NCBI RefSeq assembly: GCF_036365525.1
Contig: NW_027141290.1
Span: 570,062-634,061 of the forward strand
From: Heterodontus francisci
Lineage: Eukaryota
DNA length: 64,000 nt
Reading direction: 5' to 3'
Shown here: piece by piece, positions 13,870 through 24,576 of the stretch
Numbering within the stretch: the stretch's first letter is position 1
How the letters are laid out: every line of letters starts with the position of its first letter
Program-made: the position numbers and the translations under genes
The notes under the pieces: model-generated
What the model was told of the DNA's origin: nothing
Seen by the model: only the letters and a program-made list of their open reading frames with translations
Database searches by the model: none

Positions 13870-14929
13870 AGGGAACTTAGCCCATTTCACACTCATCAAT
13901 GTCTGAACAATGAAACTGAACATGGGATCTGAATGGAGGGAGGGTGGGGAGGGGTGGAGGGAATCGATAACCGAGAAAGCCGGGAGCTGATCCCATTTAG
14001 ATGTTCAAATTGCCGTCTGTCCCTGCAGGGTGTTTGTTATTATTGAGACCCTCCTCTCAAAAAAATCGGACAGAAATATGGGAGGAAGGAGGGAGTCGGT
14101 GTGTTTGCTGGGACCTTGTAGAATTAATTTCAGTCAGCAAAGGTTTCTCAAACCGGAGTGAAACACGCAGTCAATGTGAGTAATACCGAATGGCGATCTT
14201 CATCGTTTCATTCCAAACAAGAGAGACACGGAGCTGCCGCGATTATACCGGACACACAAACACAGTGACAATAGAGCCCAACCCAGAGTTTCAGCTCCCG
14301 GTTGTTAAATGTCTTCATGTACACAGTCTTTGCTGTGAATCTCTGGGGTTAGTTGCCGATGCCTAGCCCTGTATCCCTGAAACACTCGGAAGCAGGAGAT
14401 CCTCACACTCCATTTTGAAAGATTTATGGACAGGAATTTATCCAAACTTTGGCTGAGTCAATCATAACCTGCTGTTCAATCATCGTACTATTCAAACAAT
14501 TAATGAGACATTCTGTTCACTACTCGGGTCCTGAACTCGGTTTGAGCAGATCAAAAAGTGAAAGGTTCAGCATTTTTCCAGATATAACAGACAGAGCTGG
14601 ATAGAGGGACTCAGGGCTAATCCTGCACACACAGGGCAGTTTGAGTGACAGTCACACAGGGACGGGAAATGGTCTCGATTCCGTTGCCTACTCACCCAAC
14701 AAGGACAGTTTGGGACTGACTAAACATCCAACTCACTATAATTCAGTACTGGAGAAAGACAGAGGCTTGTCCACTCCATCTTTCCTTACTGTATCTGGGA
14801 CATCATGTAAGGGAAAGTGTTCCAATGCCTCTCACTCTCAGACAGCAACTGACATGTGTTCAGACAGTCAGTGTTAGTCATTCACTTACCATGAATAGGC
14901 GTCTCTCCAAGAACCTGTAAATCCAATAT

Positions 14930-15260
14930 CCCGAAGCAGCTGTTCTACTCAGAACTTGGTCATGGTAAGAGAACCCCAGGAGGACAGTGGAAAAACTTCA
15001 GAGATGTCCTCAAATCATCCCTCATTTGGGAAGACATTGTAATCTTCAGGGATATTTGTCAGGAACATGCAAAGGCGAACTCGACGCAGCGAAGGCAGCA
15101 CCCACACCTCCGATGCAGTGATTTACCTGACCCTTCCAGCACCACCTGTCCCTGATGTGACAGAGTCTGCAGATCATGCATTGGACTTATCAGCCATTTC
15201 ATAACCCATCAAACTGGAGTGGAAAAAAGTCATCCCTGATAGTGAGGGACTGTCTGAGAT
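14930..15260 (+). mobile_element. RTE/BovB-like LINE 3' remnant
   Basis: Degenerate SELGHGKRTPGGQWKNFRDVLK motif. Mirror copy at ~23820-24150. Confidence 0.55.
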
Positions 15261-16112
15261 GGAAGAGAATAAATAGGTCAATATAATGATCAGCAATAAT
15301 AATGATCTGGATAGGGAGGAGATCGAGAGTAGGGAGATAGAATAGGGAGGGGAAGTGGCCTGTGACGTTTATATAATGTAACACATTGACAGAGATCCTG
15401 TCCTATTTGGGTAAAGACTTATTCAAGATAGAAAAATGTAAACTACTCTCTCGCTGACATAGTATACCAGAGACAACCTCTCTATTATTTCCAAACACAA
15501 AACTGGGCCAGATTATGAACAAATACGGTATTTCACACTGAACCACTTTTACCTGTTGGACTCTCTGCACATTCGCAGGACAAGGCCATTCAGATATATT
15601 TTCAGTCACTAAGAGATTCATTCTGATGACATGAAGCAGAGACTATCAGATGTTTAACTTTCATCCCTCAAACACTCGAACTCACTTTTACATTTCTACG
15701 AGATCCGTTTGGCCAGGTTAGGAGCCGCCCACTCACCCCTTCCTCCGCTTTATTCCGACCATCTTCCAGTCTCACTGTCACACACGTTAACATTAATTTG
15801 CTTTTGATCAATATAATTCAAAGGTTGTTTGCAGCGCCAATCATTGAAATAATGATGACAGTGATTTGTACAAAACATCCCATATCCAGCCTATCACCGT
15901 GATTGCAACCAGACAGAATAGCGAGAGTGCAGGTGGGAAGCGAAACAAGTTTATAAGAGATAGTATGAGAAAATATTAAAGGGTAAAACCAAAGGAAATC
16001 AATAATCATTTATAAACAAACAACATTTCAAATGACAGTGCAAAAAATTGTGCTTTGTTTATGGGCAAAGAAAGAAACGCCCATGTGATGGGAAAGGTAA
16101 TGAAAAGGTGTA

Positions 16113-16323
16113 ATAATATAAAAGCAAAATACTGCAGATGCTGGAAATCTGAAGTAAAAACAAGAAATGCTGGAACCACTCAGCAGGTCTGGCAGCATCT
16201 GTGGAAAGAGAAGCAGAGTTAACGTTCCGATGAAGGGTCACTGACCCGAAACGTTAACTCTGCTTCTCTTTCCACAGATGCTGCCAGACCTGCTGAGTGA
16301 TTCCAGCATTTCTTGTTTTTGTT
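16113..16323. mobile_element. Inverted pair of Penelope-type repeats forming a 71-bp hairpin
   Basis: Arms 16156-16226 and 16250-16320 are complementary with one mismatch. Flanked by ATGAAA(A/T)GGTGT; absent from the mirror arm at ~22980. Confidence 0.8.
16224..16258 (+). ncRNA. Minimal type I hammerhead ribozyme motif
   Basis: GTT-CCGATGA-A-GGGTC(ACT)GACCC-GAAA-CG-TT-AAC: stem I GTT/AAC, core CUGANGA with U4C, 5-bp stem II, GAAA, helix III reduced to a CG palindrome. Confidence 0.65.
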
Positions 16324-16849
16324 CATGAAATGGTGTGTTATATGTATGTTCACAAAAGAAAGGGGTGAAGTTAATATCCCGATATAGGAGGGGTGCAGAG
16401 TTATTGGATAGGATGAAAAAGTTCTGGATAGGTTGACATCTCTTTAAGTTAATAAGTCCAGAAAGGAAGTATCCCAAATTACTGAGGGACATACCAGAAG
16501 CTCAGAGCAAAATCCTTGAATATGGAAGATGTGCCAGGTGACTGAAGGATTACATTACTGTTCTGGAAAGGAGAAGGAAAAATTTGGTAACAAAGACCAT
16601 TATTTTTGACATCAGTGGTGAATTAATAAAGGACAACCAGTACGGATTTGCTGAGGGCACATCATGTGCAACTAACATGAATGAATACTTGTGGTTGAAG
16701 TTACTGAAGGTAATTCAGTAATTATTGGATATATGCTCTTCCAAAGGCATTCGATCAAGTAGTGAATAACAGACTTACATGGAGAATAGAAATCCATGTA
16801 AAAAATTGACCCTGGCATCCTGAGATGGTAGTTGGTTAAAGGATAGGAG

Positions 16850-17089
16850 GTTATTCTGTGACCTTGTCTTATTTACACCTTCTCCTTTGTTATCTCTTGC
16901 CCCACCCCCACTTTACTTGCTAATAACCTTTTACAATTCTAATATTTGCTCGTTCTGAAGTAGGGTCACTGACCTGAAACGTTAACTGTGTTTCTCTCTG
17001 CACAGATGCTGCCAGACCTGCTGAGTATTTCCAGCATTTCTTGTTTTTATTTCAGATTTCCAGCATCCGCAGCATTTTGCTTTTATTTT
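16850..17089 (+). mobile_element. Penelope-type repeat with hammerhead-like motif (16952-16986)
   Basis: GTT-CTGAAGT-A-GGGTC(ACT)GACCT-GAAA-CG-TT-AAC followed by the same ~105-nt tail as the other copies. Mirror copy at 22222-22460. Confidence 0.7.
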
Positions 17090-17093
17090 AGAG

Positions 17094-17734
17094 TTTCGTA
17101 GTGAACTGATCCTTTTTGCTTACTGGGCAGAACTATGCAGTGAGGTGACGCAGAAAACTGTATGGAGAACAATGTTTTTAACGGGCCCACAATTTCGAAG
17201 TTTGAGGAGGACAAAATACATAGCAATGTATGCATATAGTAAAGAGCTGTAAGTTTCAGGTAGATGTTACCTGAACAGAGGTGAGACAGAGAATACACAA
17301 CCCGTCTCACCTTTAGATTCCTGACCCAGATAGACCTAAAAGGTACAAACTCAAGTTATGTGACCAAGTCAGAGAGTTTATTAGGCTAAACTAAGATGGA
17401 CAAAGTTAATACTTAACAATGGTAATAGAAATTCAGTAACGCACAACACCCGTTCTTGTTTCTGTGCTTGCTGCGGCACGGACTTCTCTCCTTCTTCATC
17501 CCTTGCTGTGTTTTCTTGACTGTATTCTATCTTCTCCCTTTAAATACCAACGATCTTCTGTTGACCCCTGTCTAAGTGTGATGACGATGTCCTGTAACAC
17601 CCTTTCTTTTATCATTTTTGTGGTGCAAGGATGTTACCATATTAGTTTTGAATTGTTCTAAGTGTCCTAATTGGTCCAGGTTGACATCATTGTTTGACAC
17701 TAGTTAGTTAATAGTTGAATCTACACACATTACA
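17094..17734 (-). mobile_element. LTR-like element
   Basis: Minus strand starts TGTAATGTGTGTAG, contains AATAAA and ends CACTACGAAA (TACGACA in the 47-kb copy). Copies at 19178-19817 (-), 21739-22217 (+, partial) and 47220-47789 (+). Confidence 0.55.
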
Positions 17735-18817
17735 GATGCTTCCCGATTCTTTCTATTTTAGCAAAGATCCTAAAGGTTACATTCTTGCTGATCCCAGACA
17801 TTTTTTTATTTAATTCTGCCTTTATCTCTTCTCTCTCCCTGCAAGGAGCGCTGGTGTCTCTCCCATTGTTCTCACACAAAGGTTTAAACAAAGTATAGCC
17901 TTGAAAACAAATTTCATAATAAAGCAAGCAACAGATCAAACAGACTTCAATATATTGATGTACAAAGCATATCATTAATCCTATTATTTTAGTTGTTCTT
18001 ATTTGTCAGAAACGTAAAATATGTCACGGTCCATCGCCCCCACATTGTGGATCCCCCTCCAGCTACATGACTTGCCTTTTTTTTCCTTTGGCTCCGTGCA
18101 TCTTCCACACTGACACCACTCTCTACATGACATTTTGACGTAGTTCAGTGAAGATGACCGTCATGCTTTACAATCCAACCTTGACATTGCAGTTCTTGCA
18201 TAAATGTAAGCCATGAAAATACTCTAAACTTTACACAGCGGTGAGCAGTGTTCAGGTGATACAGAAAATCTGGTGCGTTGGGCAGAGACAATCAGTTGAT
18301 CTATCAAAGTCTCTTGATGTTATGCTCCTATCTATACTTCTGACAACACAACTATTCTTTTGTTATTGAAAAGCTTGGATAGATGGCTCTGGATTGTGTT
18401 ATCTAAGGAAGTGGTTGTTCTCCTTCCAGCAATGTGGATTGAGGGGAAATTTGATACAGGTGTAGGTAAGCTAGACAGGGAGAACCTGTTTCCATTAGTT
18501 GATGGTACAAGGACAAGGAGACACAGATTGATGGTTTTGGGAAAGAGATGCAGGGAAATGTGAGGAAGCACTTTTTGTCATACCTGCTGCAACTGTCTGT
18601 TCACAAGAGTGGTGGAAGCAGAGACAATCAATGATTTCAATAGGAAATTGGAGAAACACTTGAAGGAAACAAACTTGCTCCAGGGCGACGCTGATCAAGC
18701 AGGAGAATGAATCTGATTGGATGATGAGAATATTTTATCAACTTCAATTCTGTCAAGGCTTTGAAACTTTTTCGTTTGTAAAATACTGCAACAGAAAGTA
18801 AACCTGCAATTTAAGAT

Positions 18818-18889
18818 TGCGATGGTCGGGAATCGAAGCCAGGCCAACTGCTTAAAAGGCAGCTCCGCTCACCACTATACCACCATCGC
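18818..18889 (-). pseudogene. tRNA-Gly-derived 72-nt gene with TTT anticodon (probable pseudogene)
   Basis: GCGATGGTGGTATAGTGGTGAGCGGAGCTGCCTTTTAAGCAGTTGGCCTGGCTTCGATTCCCGACCATCGCA. Perfect 7-bp acceptor stem; damaged D and T stems. Confidence 0.85.
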
Positions 18890-18977
18890 TTACGGCACTG
18901 CGCACCTCCGGCGTTTTGATTAATAGAATGCTGTACAATGATTTCAACTTGTCGCTGAGCAATGCGTTCATGTTCAT

Positions 18978-19173
18978 AAAAACACAACATTGTGAATGCT
19001 GGAAATCTGAAATAAAAACAGACAGTGCTGCAAATATTCTGATCAAAGGTCACTCACCTGAAACGTTAACTGTGTTTCTCTCTACACAGATGCTGCCAGA
19101 CCTGCTGAGTATTTCCAGCATTTCTTGTTTTTATTTCAGATTTCCAGCATCCGCAGCATTTTGATTTTATTTT
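18978..19173. mobile_element. Penelope-type repeat with inverted partial copy and degenerate hammerhead core
   Basis: Inverted tail 18978-19037, then CTGATCA-AAGGTCACTCACCT-GAAACGTTAAC and the standard tail. Confidence 0.65.
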
Positions 19174-21141
19174 AGAGTTTCGTCGTGAGCTGATCCTTTT
19201 TGCTTAATGGCAGAACTATGCAGTGAGGTGACGCAGAAAACTGTACGGAGAACAATGTTTTTAACGGGCCCACAATTTCGAAGTTTGAGGAGGACAAAAT
19301 ACATAGCAAAATATGCATATAGTAAAGAGCTGTCAGTTTCAGGTAGATGTTACCTGAACAGAGGTGAGACAGAGAATACACAACCCATCTCACCTTTAGA
19401 TTCCTGACCAAGATAGACCTACAAGGTACAAACTCAAGTTATGTGACCAAGTCAGAGAGTTTATTAGGCTTAACTAAGATGTACAAAGTTAATACTTAAC
19501 AATGGAAATAGATATGCAGCGACACACAACACCCGTTCTTGTTTCTGTGCTTGCTGCGGCACGGACTTCTCTTCTTCTTCATCCCTTGCTGTGTTTTCTT
19601 GACTGTATTCTGTCTTCTCCTTTTAAGTACCAACGATCTTCTGTTGACCCCTGTCTAAGTGTGATGACGATGTCCTGTAACACCCTTTCTTTTCTCCTTT
19701 TTGTGGTGCAAGAATGTTACCATATTAGTTTTGAATTGTTCTAAGTGTCCTAATTGGTCCAGGTTGACATCATTGTTTGACACTAGTTAGTTAATAGTTG
19801 AATCTACACACATTACAGATGCTTCCAGATTCTTTCTACTTTAGCAAAGATCCTAAAGGTTACATTCTTGCTGATCCCAGACATTTCTTTCTTTAATTCT
19901 GCCTTTATCTCTTCAATCTCCCTGCAAGGAGTGCTGGTGTCTCTCCCATTGTTCTCACACAAAGGTTTAAACAAAGTATAGCCTTGAAAACAAATTTCAT
20001 AATAAAGCAAGCAACAGATCAAACAGACTTCAATCTATTGATGTGCAAAGCACATCATTAATCCTATTATTTTCGTTGTTCTTATTTGTCAGAAACGTAA
20101 AATATGTCACGGTCCATCGCCCCCACATTGTGGATCCCTCTCCAGCTACATGACTTGCCCTTTTTTTCCTATGGCTACGTGCATCTTCCACACCACTCAC
20201 AACATGACCTTTTGACGTAGTTCAGTGAAGATGACCGTCATGCTTTACAATCCAACCTTGACATTGTAGTTCTTGCATAAATGTAAGCCATGAAAATACT
20301 CCAAACTTTACACAGCGGTGAGCAATGTTCAGGTGATACAGAAAATCTGGTGCGTTGGGCAGAGACAATCAGTTGATCTATCAAAGTCTCTTGATGTTAT
20401 GCTCCTGTCTATACTACTTACAGCACAACTATTCTTTTGTTATTGAAAAGCTTGGATAGATGGCTCTGGATTGTGTTATCTAAGTAAGTTGTTGTTCTCC
20501 TTACAGCAATGTGGATTGAGGGGAAATTTGATGCAGGTGTAGGTAAGTTAGATAAGGAGAACCTGTTCCCATTAGTTGATGGTACAAGGACGAGGAGACA
20601 CAGATTGATGGTTTTGGGAAAGAGATGCAGGGAAATGTAAGGAAGCACTTTTTGTTATACCTGCTGCAACTGTCTGTCCACAAGTGTGGTGGAAGCAGTG
20701 AAAATCAATGATTTCAATAGGAAATTGGAGAAACACTTGAATGAAACAAACTTGCTGCAGGGCGACGCCGATCAAGCAGGAGAATGAAGCTGATTGGATG
20801 ATGAGAATATTTTATCAACTTCTATTCTGTAATGGCTTTGACATTTTTTTCCTTTGTAAAACATTGCAACATAAATTTGACCTGCGATTGGACATTGCGG
20901 TGACCAAGCACAACAGCTCCTTGCAGATCTCCACAATGTACAAAAATAAAGCACCAAGCACATCGGCTCTTTTAACATCCACTGACAGCCTCTCTGAAAG
21001 AATCGATTTACTGCAGTTATTTGAATACCAACAGCTGAAGGTAACTTCGAGATCTCCGACAGGAACGTTCATGGATCGGTTCGATCATTGCGTCATTTTT
21101 TAATTCCCTGCCTTAAAATAACTACCGGCCAACGATCTGTA

Positions 21142-21730
21142 CTGTATCTGCCAGTTCCTGGTATGTGAATGTTGATTTTACTCTGCACCTGTCAGTTCCT
21201 GGTATGTGAATGTTGATTTTACTCTGTCCCTGTCAGCTCCTGGTATGTGAATGTTGATTTTACTCTGCACCTGTCAGTTCCTGGTATGTGAATGCTGACT
21301 TTACTCTGCACCTGTCAGTTCCTGGTATGTGAATGTTGGTTTTACTCTGTACCTGTCAATTCCTGGTATGTGAATGTTGATTTTACTCTGCACCTGTCAG
21401 TTCCTGGCATGTGAATGTTGATTTTACTCTGCACCTGTCAGTTCCTGGTATGTGAATGTTGATTTTACTCTGTACCTGTCAGTTCCTGGTATGTGAATGT
21501 TGATTTTACTCTGTACCTGTCAGTTCCTGGTATGTGAATGTTGATTTTACTCTGCACCTGTCAATTCCTGGTATGTGAATGTTGATTTTGCTCTGTACCT
21601 GTCAGTTCCTGGTATGTGAATGTTGATTTTACTCTGTACCTGTCAGTTTCTGGTGTATGAACGTTGATTTTACTCTATGTCTGTCAGTTCCTGGTTTGTG
21701 AAGGTTGATTTTACTCTGTATCTGTCAGTT
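21142..21730. repeat. 41-bp minisatellite, ~14 copies
   Basis: Unit CTCTG(C/T)ACCTGTCAGTTCCTGGTATGTGAATGTTGATTTTA. Confidence 0.97.
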
Positions 21731-22221
21731 TGTGCAATGAGAGGGGCCAATAGAAGATCGTTAGCGCTTAGAAGGAGAAGGTAGAACACAGTCAAGAAAA
21801 CACAGCAAAGGAAGAAGAAGGAGAGAAGTCCGTGCCGCAGCAAGTACAGAAACAAGAATGGGTGTTGTGTTTTACTGAATATCTATTGCCTTGTTAAGTA
21901 TTAACTTTGTGCATCTTAGTTAAACCTAATGAACTCTCTGACTTGGTCACATAACTTGAGTTTGTACCTTGTAGGTCTATCTTGGTCAGGAATCTAAAGG
22001 TGCGATGGCTTGGGTATTCTCTGTCTCACCTCTGTTCAGGTGACATCTACCTGAAACTTACAGCTCTTTACCATTTGCATGCATTGCTATGTATTTTGTC
22101 CTCCTCAAACTTCAACATTGTGCGCCCGATAAAAACATTGTTCTTCGTACAGTTTTCTGCGTCACTCCACTGCATAGTTCTGCCCCAGTAAGCAAAAAGG
22201 ATCAGTTCACGACTAAACTCT

Positions 22222-22460
22222 AAAATAAAAGCAAAATACTGCGGATGCTGGAAATCTGAAATAAAAACAAGAAATGCTGGAAATACTCAGCAGGTCTGGC
22301 AGCATCTGTGGAGAGAGAAGCAGAGTTAACATTTCAGGTCGGTGACCTTACTTCAGAACGAGCAAATATTAGAATTGTAAAAGGTTATAAGCAAGTAAAG
22401 TGGGGGTGGGGCAAGAGATAGCAAAAGAGAAGGTGTAAATAGGACAAGGTCACAGAATAG
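22222..22460 (-). mobile_element. Penelope-type repeat with hammerhead-like motif (22325-22359)
   Basis: Reverse complement of 16850-17089; stem II AGGTC/GACCT. Confidence 0.7.
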
Positions 22461-24576
22461 CCTCCTGTCCTTTAACCAACTATCATCTCAGGATACCAGT
22501 GTCAATTTTAACATGCATTTCTATTCTCCATGTAAGTCTGTTATTCACTACTTGATTGAATGCCTTTGGAAGAGCATATATCCAAGAATTACTGTACTAC
22601 CTTCAGTAACTTCAACCACAAGAATTCAATGATGTTAGTCGCACATGATTTTTCCTGAACAAATCCGTCCTGGTTGTCCTTTATTAATTCACCAATGTTG
22701 TCAAAAATAATGGTCTTTGTTACCAGATATTTCCTTCTCCTTTCCAGAACAGGAGTGTAATCCATCAGTCACCTGGCACACCTTCCATATTCAAAGATTT
22801 TGCTCAGAGCTTCTGGTATCTCACTCAGTAATATGGGATACTTCCTTTCTGGACTTATTAACTTAAAGAGATGTCAACCTATCCAGAACTTTTTCGTCCT
22901 ATCCAATAACTCTGCACCCCTCTTCTCCCGTGATATTAACTTAACCCTTTTCTTTTGTGAACATACATATAACACACTATTTCATTACCTTTTCCTTCAC
23001 ATAAGCGTTTCTTTCTTTATCCATAAACAAAGCCCAATTTTTTGCACTGTCATTTGAATTTTTGTTTCTTGATAAATGGTTATTGATTTCCTTTTTGTTT
23101 CCCCATTAATATTTTCTCATACTGTCTCTTATAAACTTGTTTCCCTTCCCAACTGCACTCTCACTATTCCGCCCGGTTGGAATTATGGTGATCGGGTGGA
23201 TATTGGATATTTTGTACAATTCACTGCCATTATTATTTCAATGATTGGCGCTGCAAACAACCTTTGAATTATCTTGATCAAAAGCAAATTAATGGTACTG
23301 TGTGTGACAGTGAGACTGGAAGATGGTCGGAATAAAGCGGAGGAAGGGGTGAGGGGGCGGCTCCTAAACTGGCCAAACGGATCTCGTAGAAGTGTCAAAG
23401 TGAATCCGAGTGTTTGAGGGATGAAAGTTATAGTCTCTGCTTAATGTCATCAGAATGAATCTCTTAGTGACTGAAAATATATCTGAATGGCCTTGTCCTG
23501 CGAATCTGCATAGAGTCCAACAGGTAAATGTGGTTCAGTGAGAAATATAGTATTTGTTTACAATCTGGCCCTGCTTTGAGTTTGGAAATAATAGAGAGGT
23601 TGTCTCTGGTACAAAATGTCAGCGAGAGAGTAGTTTACATTTTTCTATCTTGAATAGGTCTTTACCCAAATAGGACAGGATCTCTGTCAATGTGTTTCAT
23701 TATATAAACGTCACAGGCCACTTCCCCTCCCTATTCTATCTCCCTGCTCTCGATCTCCTCCCTATCCTGTTCATTATTAATGCTGATCATTATATTGGCC
23801 TATTTATTCTCTTTCATCTCAGACAGTCCCTCGGGATCAAGGATGACTTTTTTCCACTCCAGTTTGATGTGTTCTGAAATGGCTGATAAGTACAATGCAT
23901 GATCTGCAGACTCTGTCTCATCAGGGACAGGTGGTGCTGGAAGGGTCAGGTAAATGACTGCTTTGGCGGTGTGGGTGCTGCCTTCGCTGCGTCGAGTTCG
24001 CATTTGCATGCTCCTGACAAATATCCCTGAAGAGTACAATGTCTTCCCAAATGAGGGATGATTTGAGGACATCTTGATGTGTTTCCACTGTCCACCTGGG
24101 GTTCTCCTACCACGACCAAGTTCTGAGTAGAGCAGCTGCTTCGGGATATTGGATTTACAGGTTCTTGGAGAGTCGCCTATTCATGGTAAGTGAAAGACTA
24201 ACACTGACTGTCTCAACACATGTCAGTTGTTGTCTGCGAGTGCGAGGCACTGGAACACTTTCCCTTACAGAATGTCCCAGATAAAGTAAGGAAAGATGGA
24301 GTGGACAAGCCTCTGTCATTCTCCATACTGAATTATAGTGAGTTGGATGTTTAGTCAGTCCAAAACTGTCCTTGTTGGGTGAGTAGGCAACGGAATCGAG
24401 ATCAGTTCCCGTCCCTGTGTGACTGTCACTCAAACTGCCCTGTGTGTGCAGGATTAACCCTGAGTCCCTCTATCGAGCTCTGTCTGCTATATCTGGAAAA
24501 GTGCTGAACCTTTCACTTGTTGGTCTGCTCAGACTGAGTTCAAGGCCTCAGTAGTGAACAGAATGTCTCATTAATT

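Larger units (their letters stand above)
15950..16850 (+). mobile_element. Highly degraded CR1 LINE fragment
   Basis: Remnants of the KSP, QHGF and KAFD regions. Mirror copies at ~22460-23120 and ~47790-48530. Confidence 0.6.
16965..20900. repeat. Tandem duplication, period ~2.08 kb
   Basis: 16965-18825 recurs at 19048-20900, e.g. CACATTACAGATG near 17726 and 19809. Confidence 0.92.

Noticed and set aside
20815-21072. Cys/Trp-containing ORF faintly like an Ig-domain end
   Set aside because: In-frame stop just upstream, no clear splice sites, no recognisable family.
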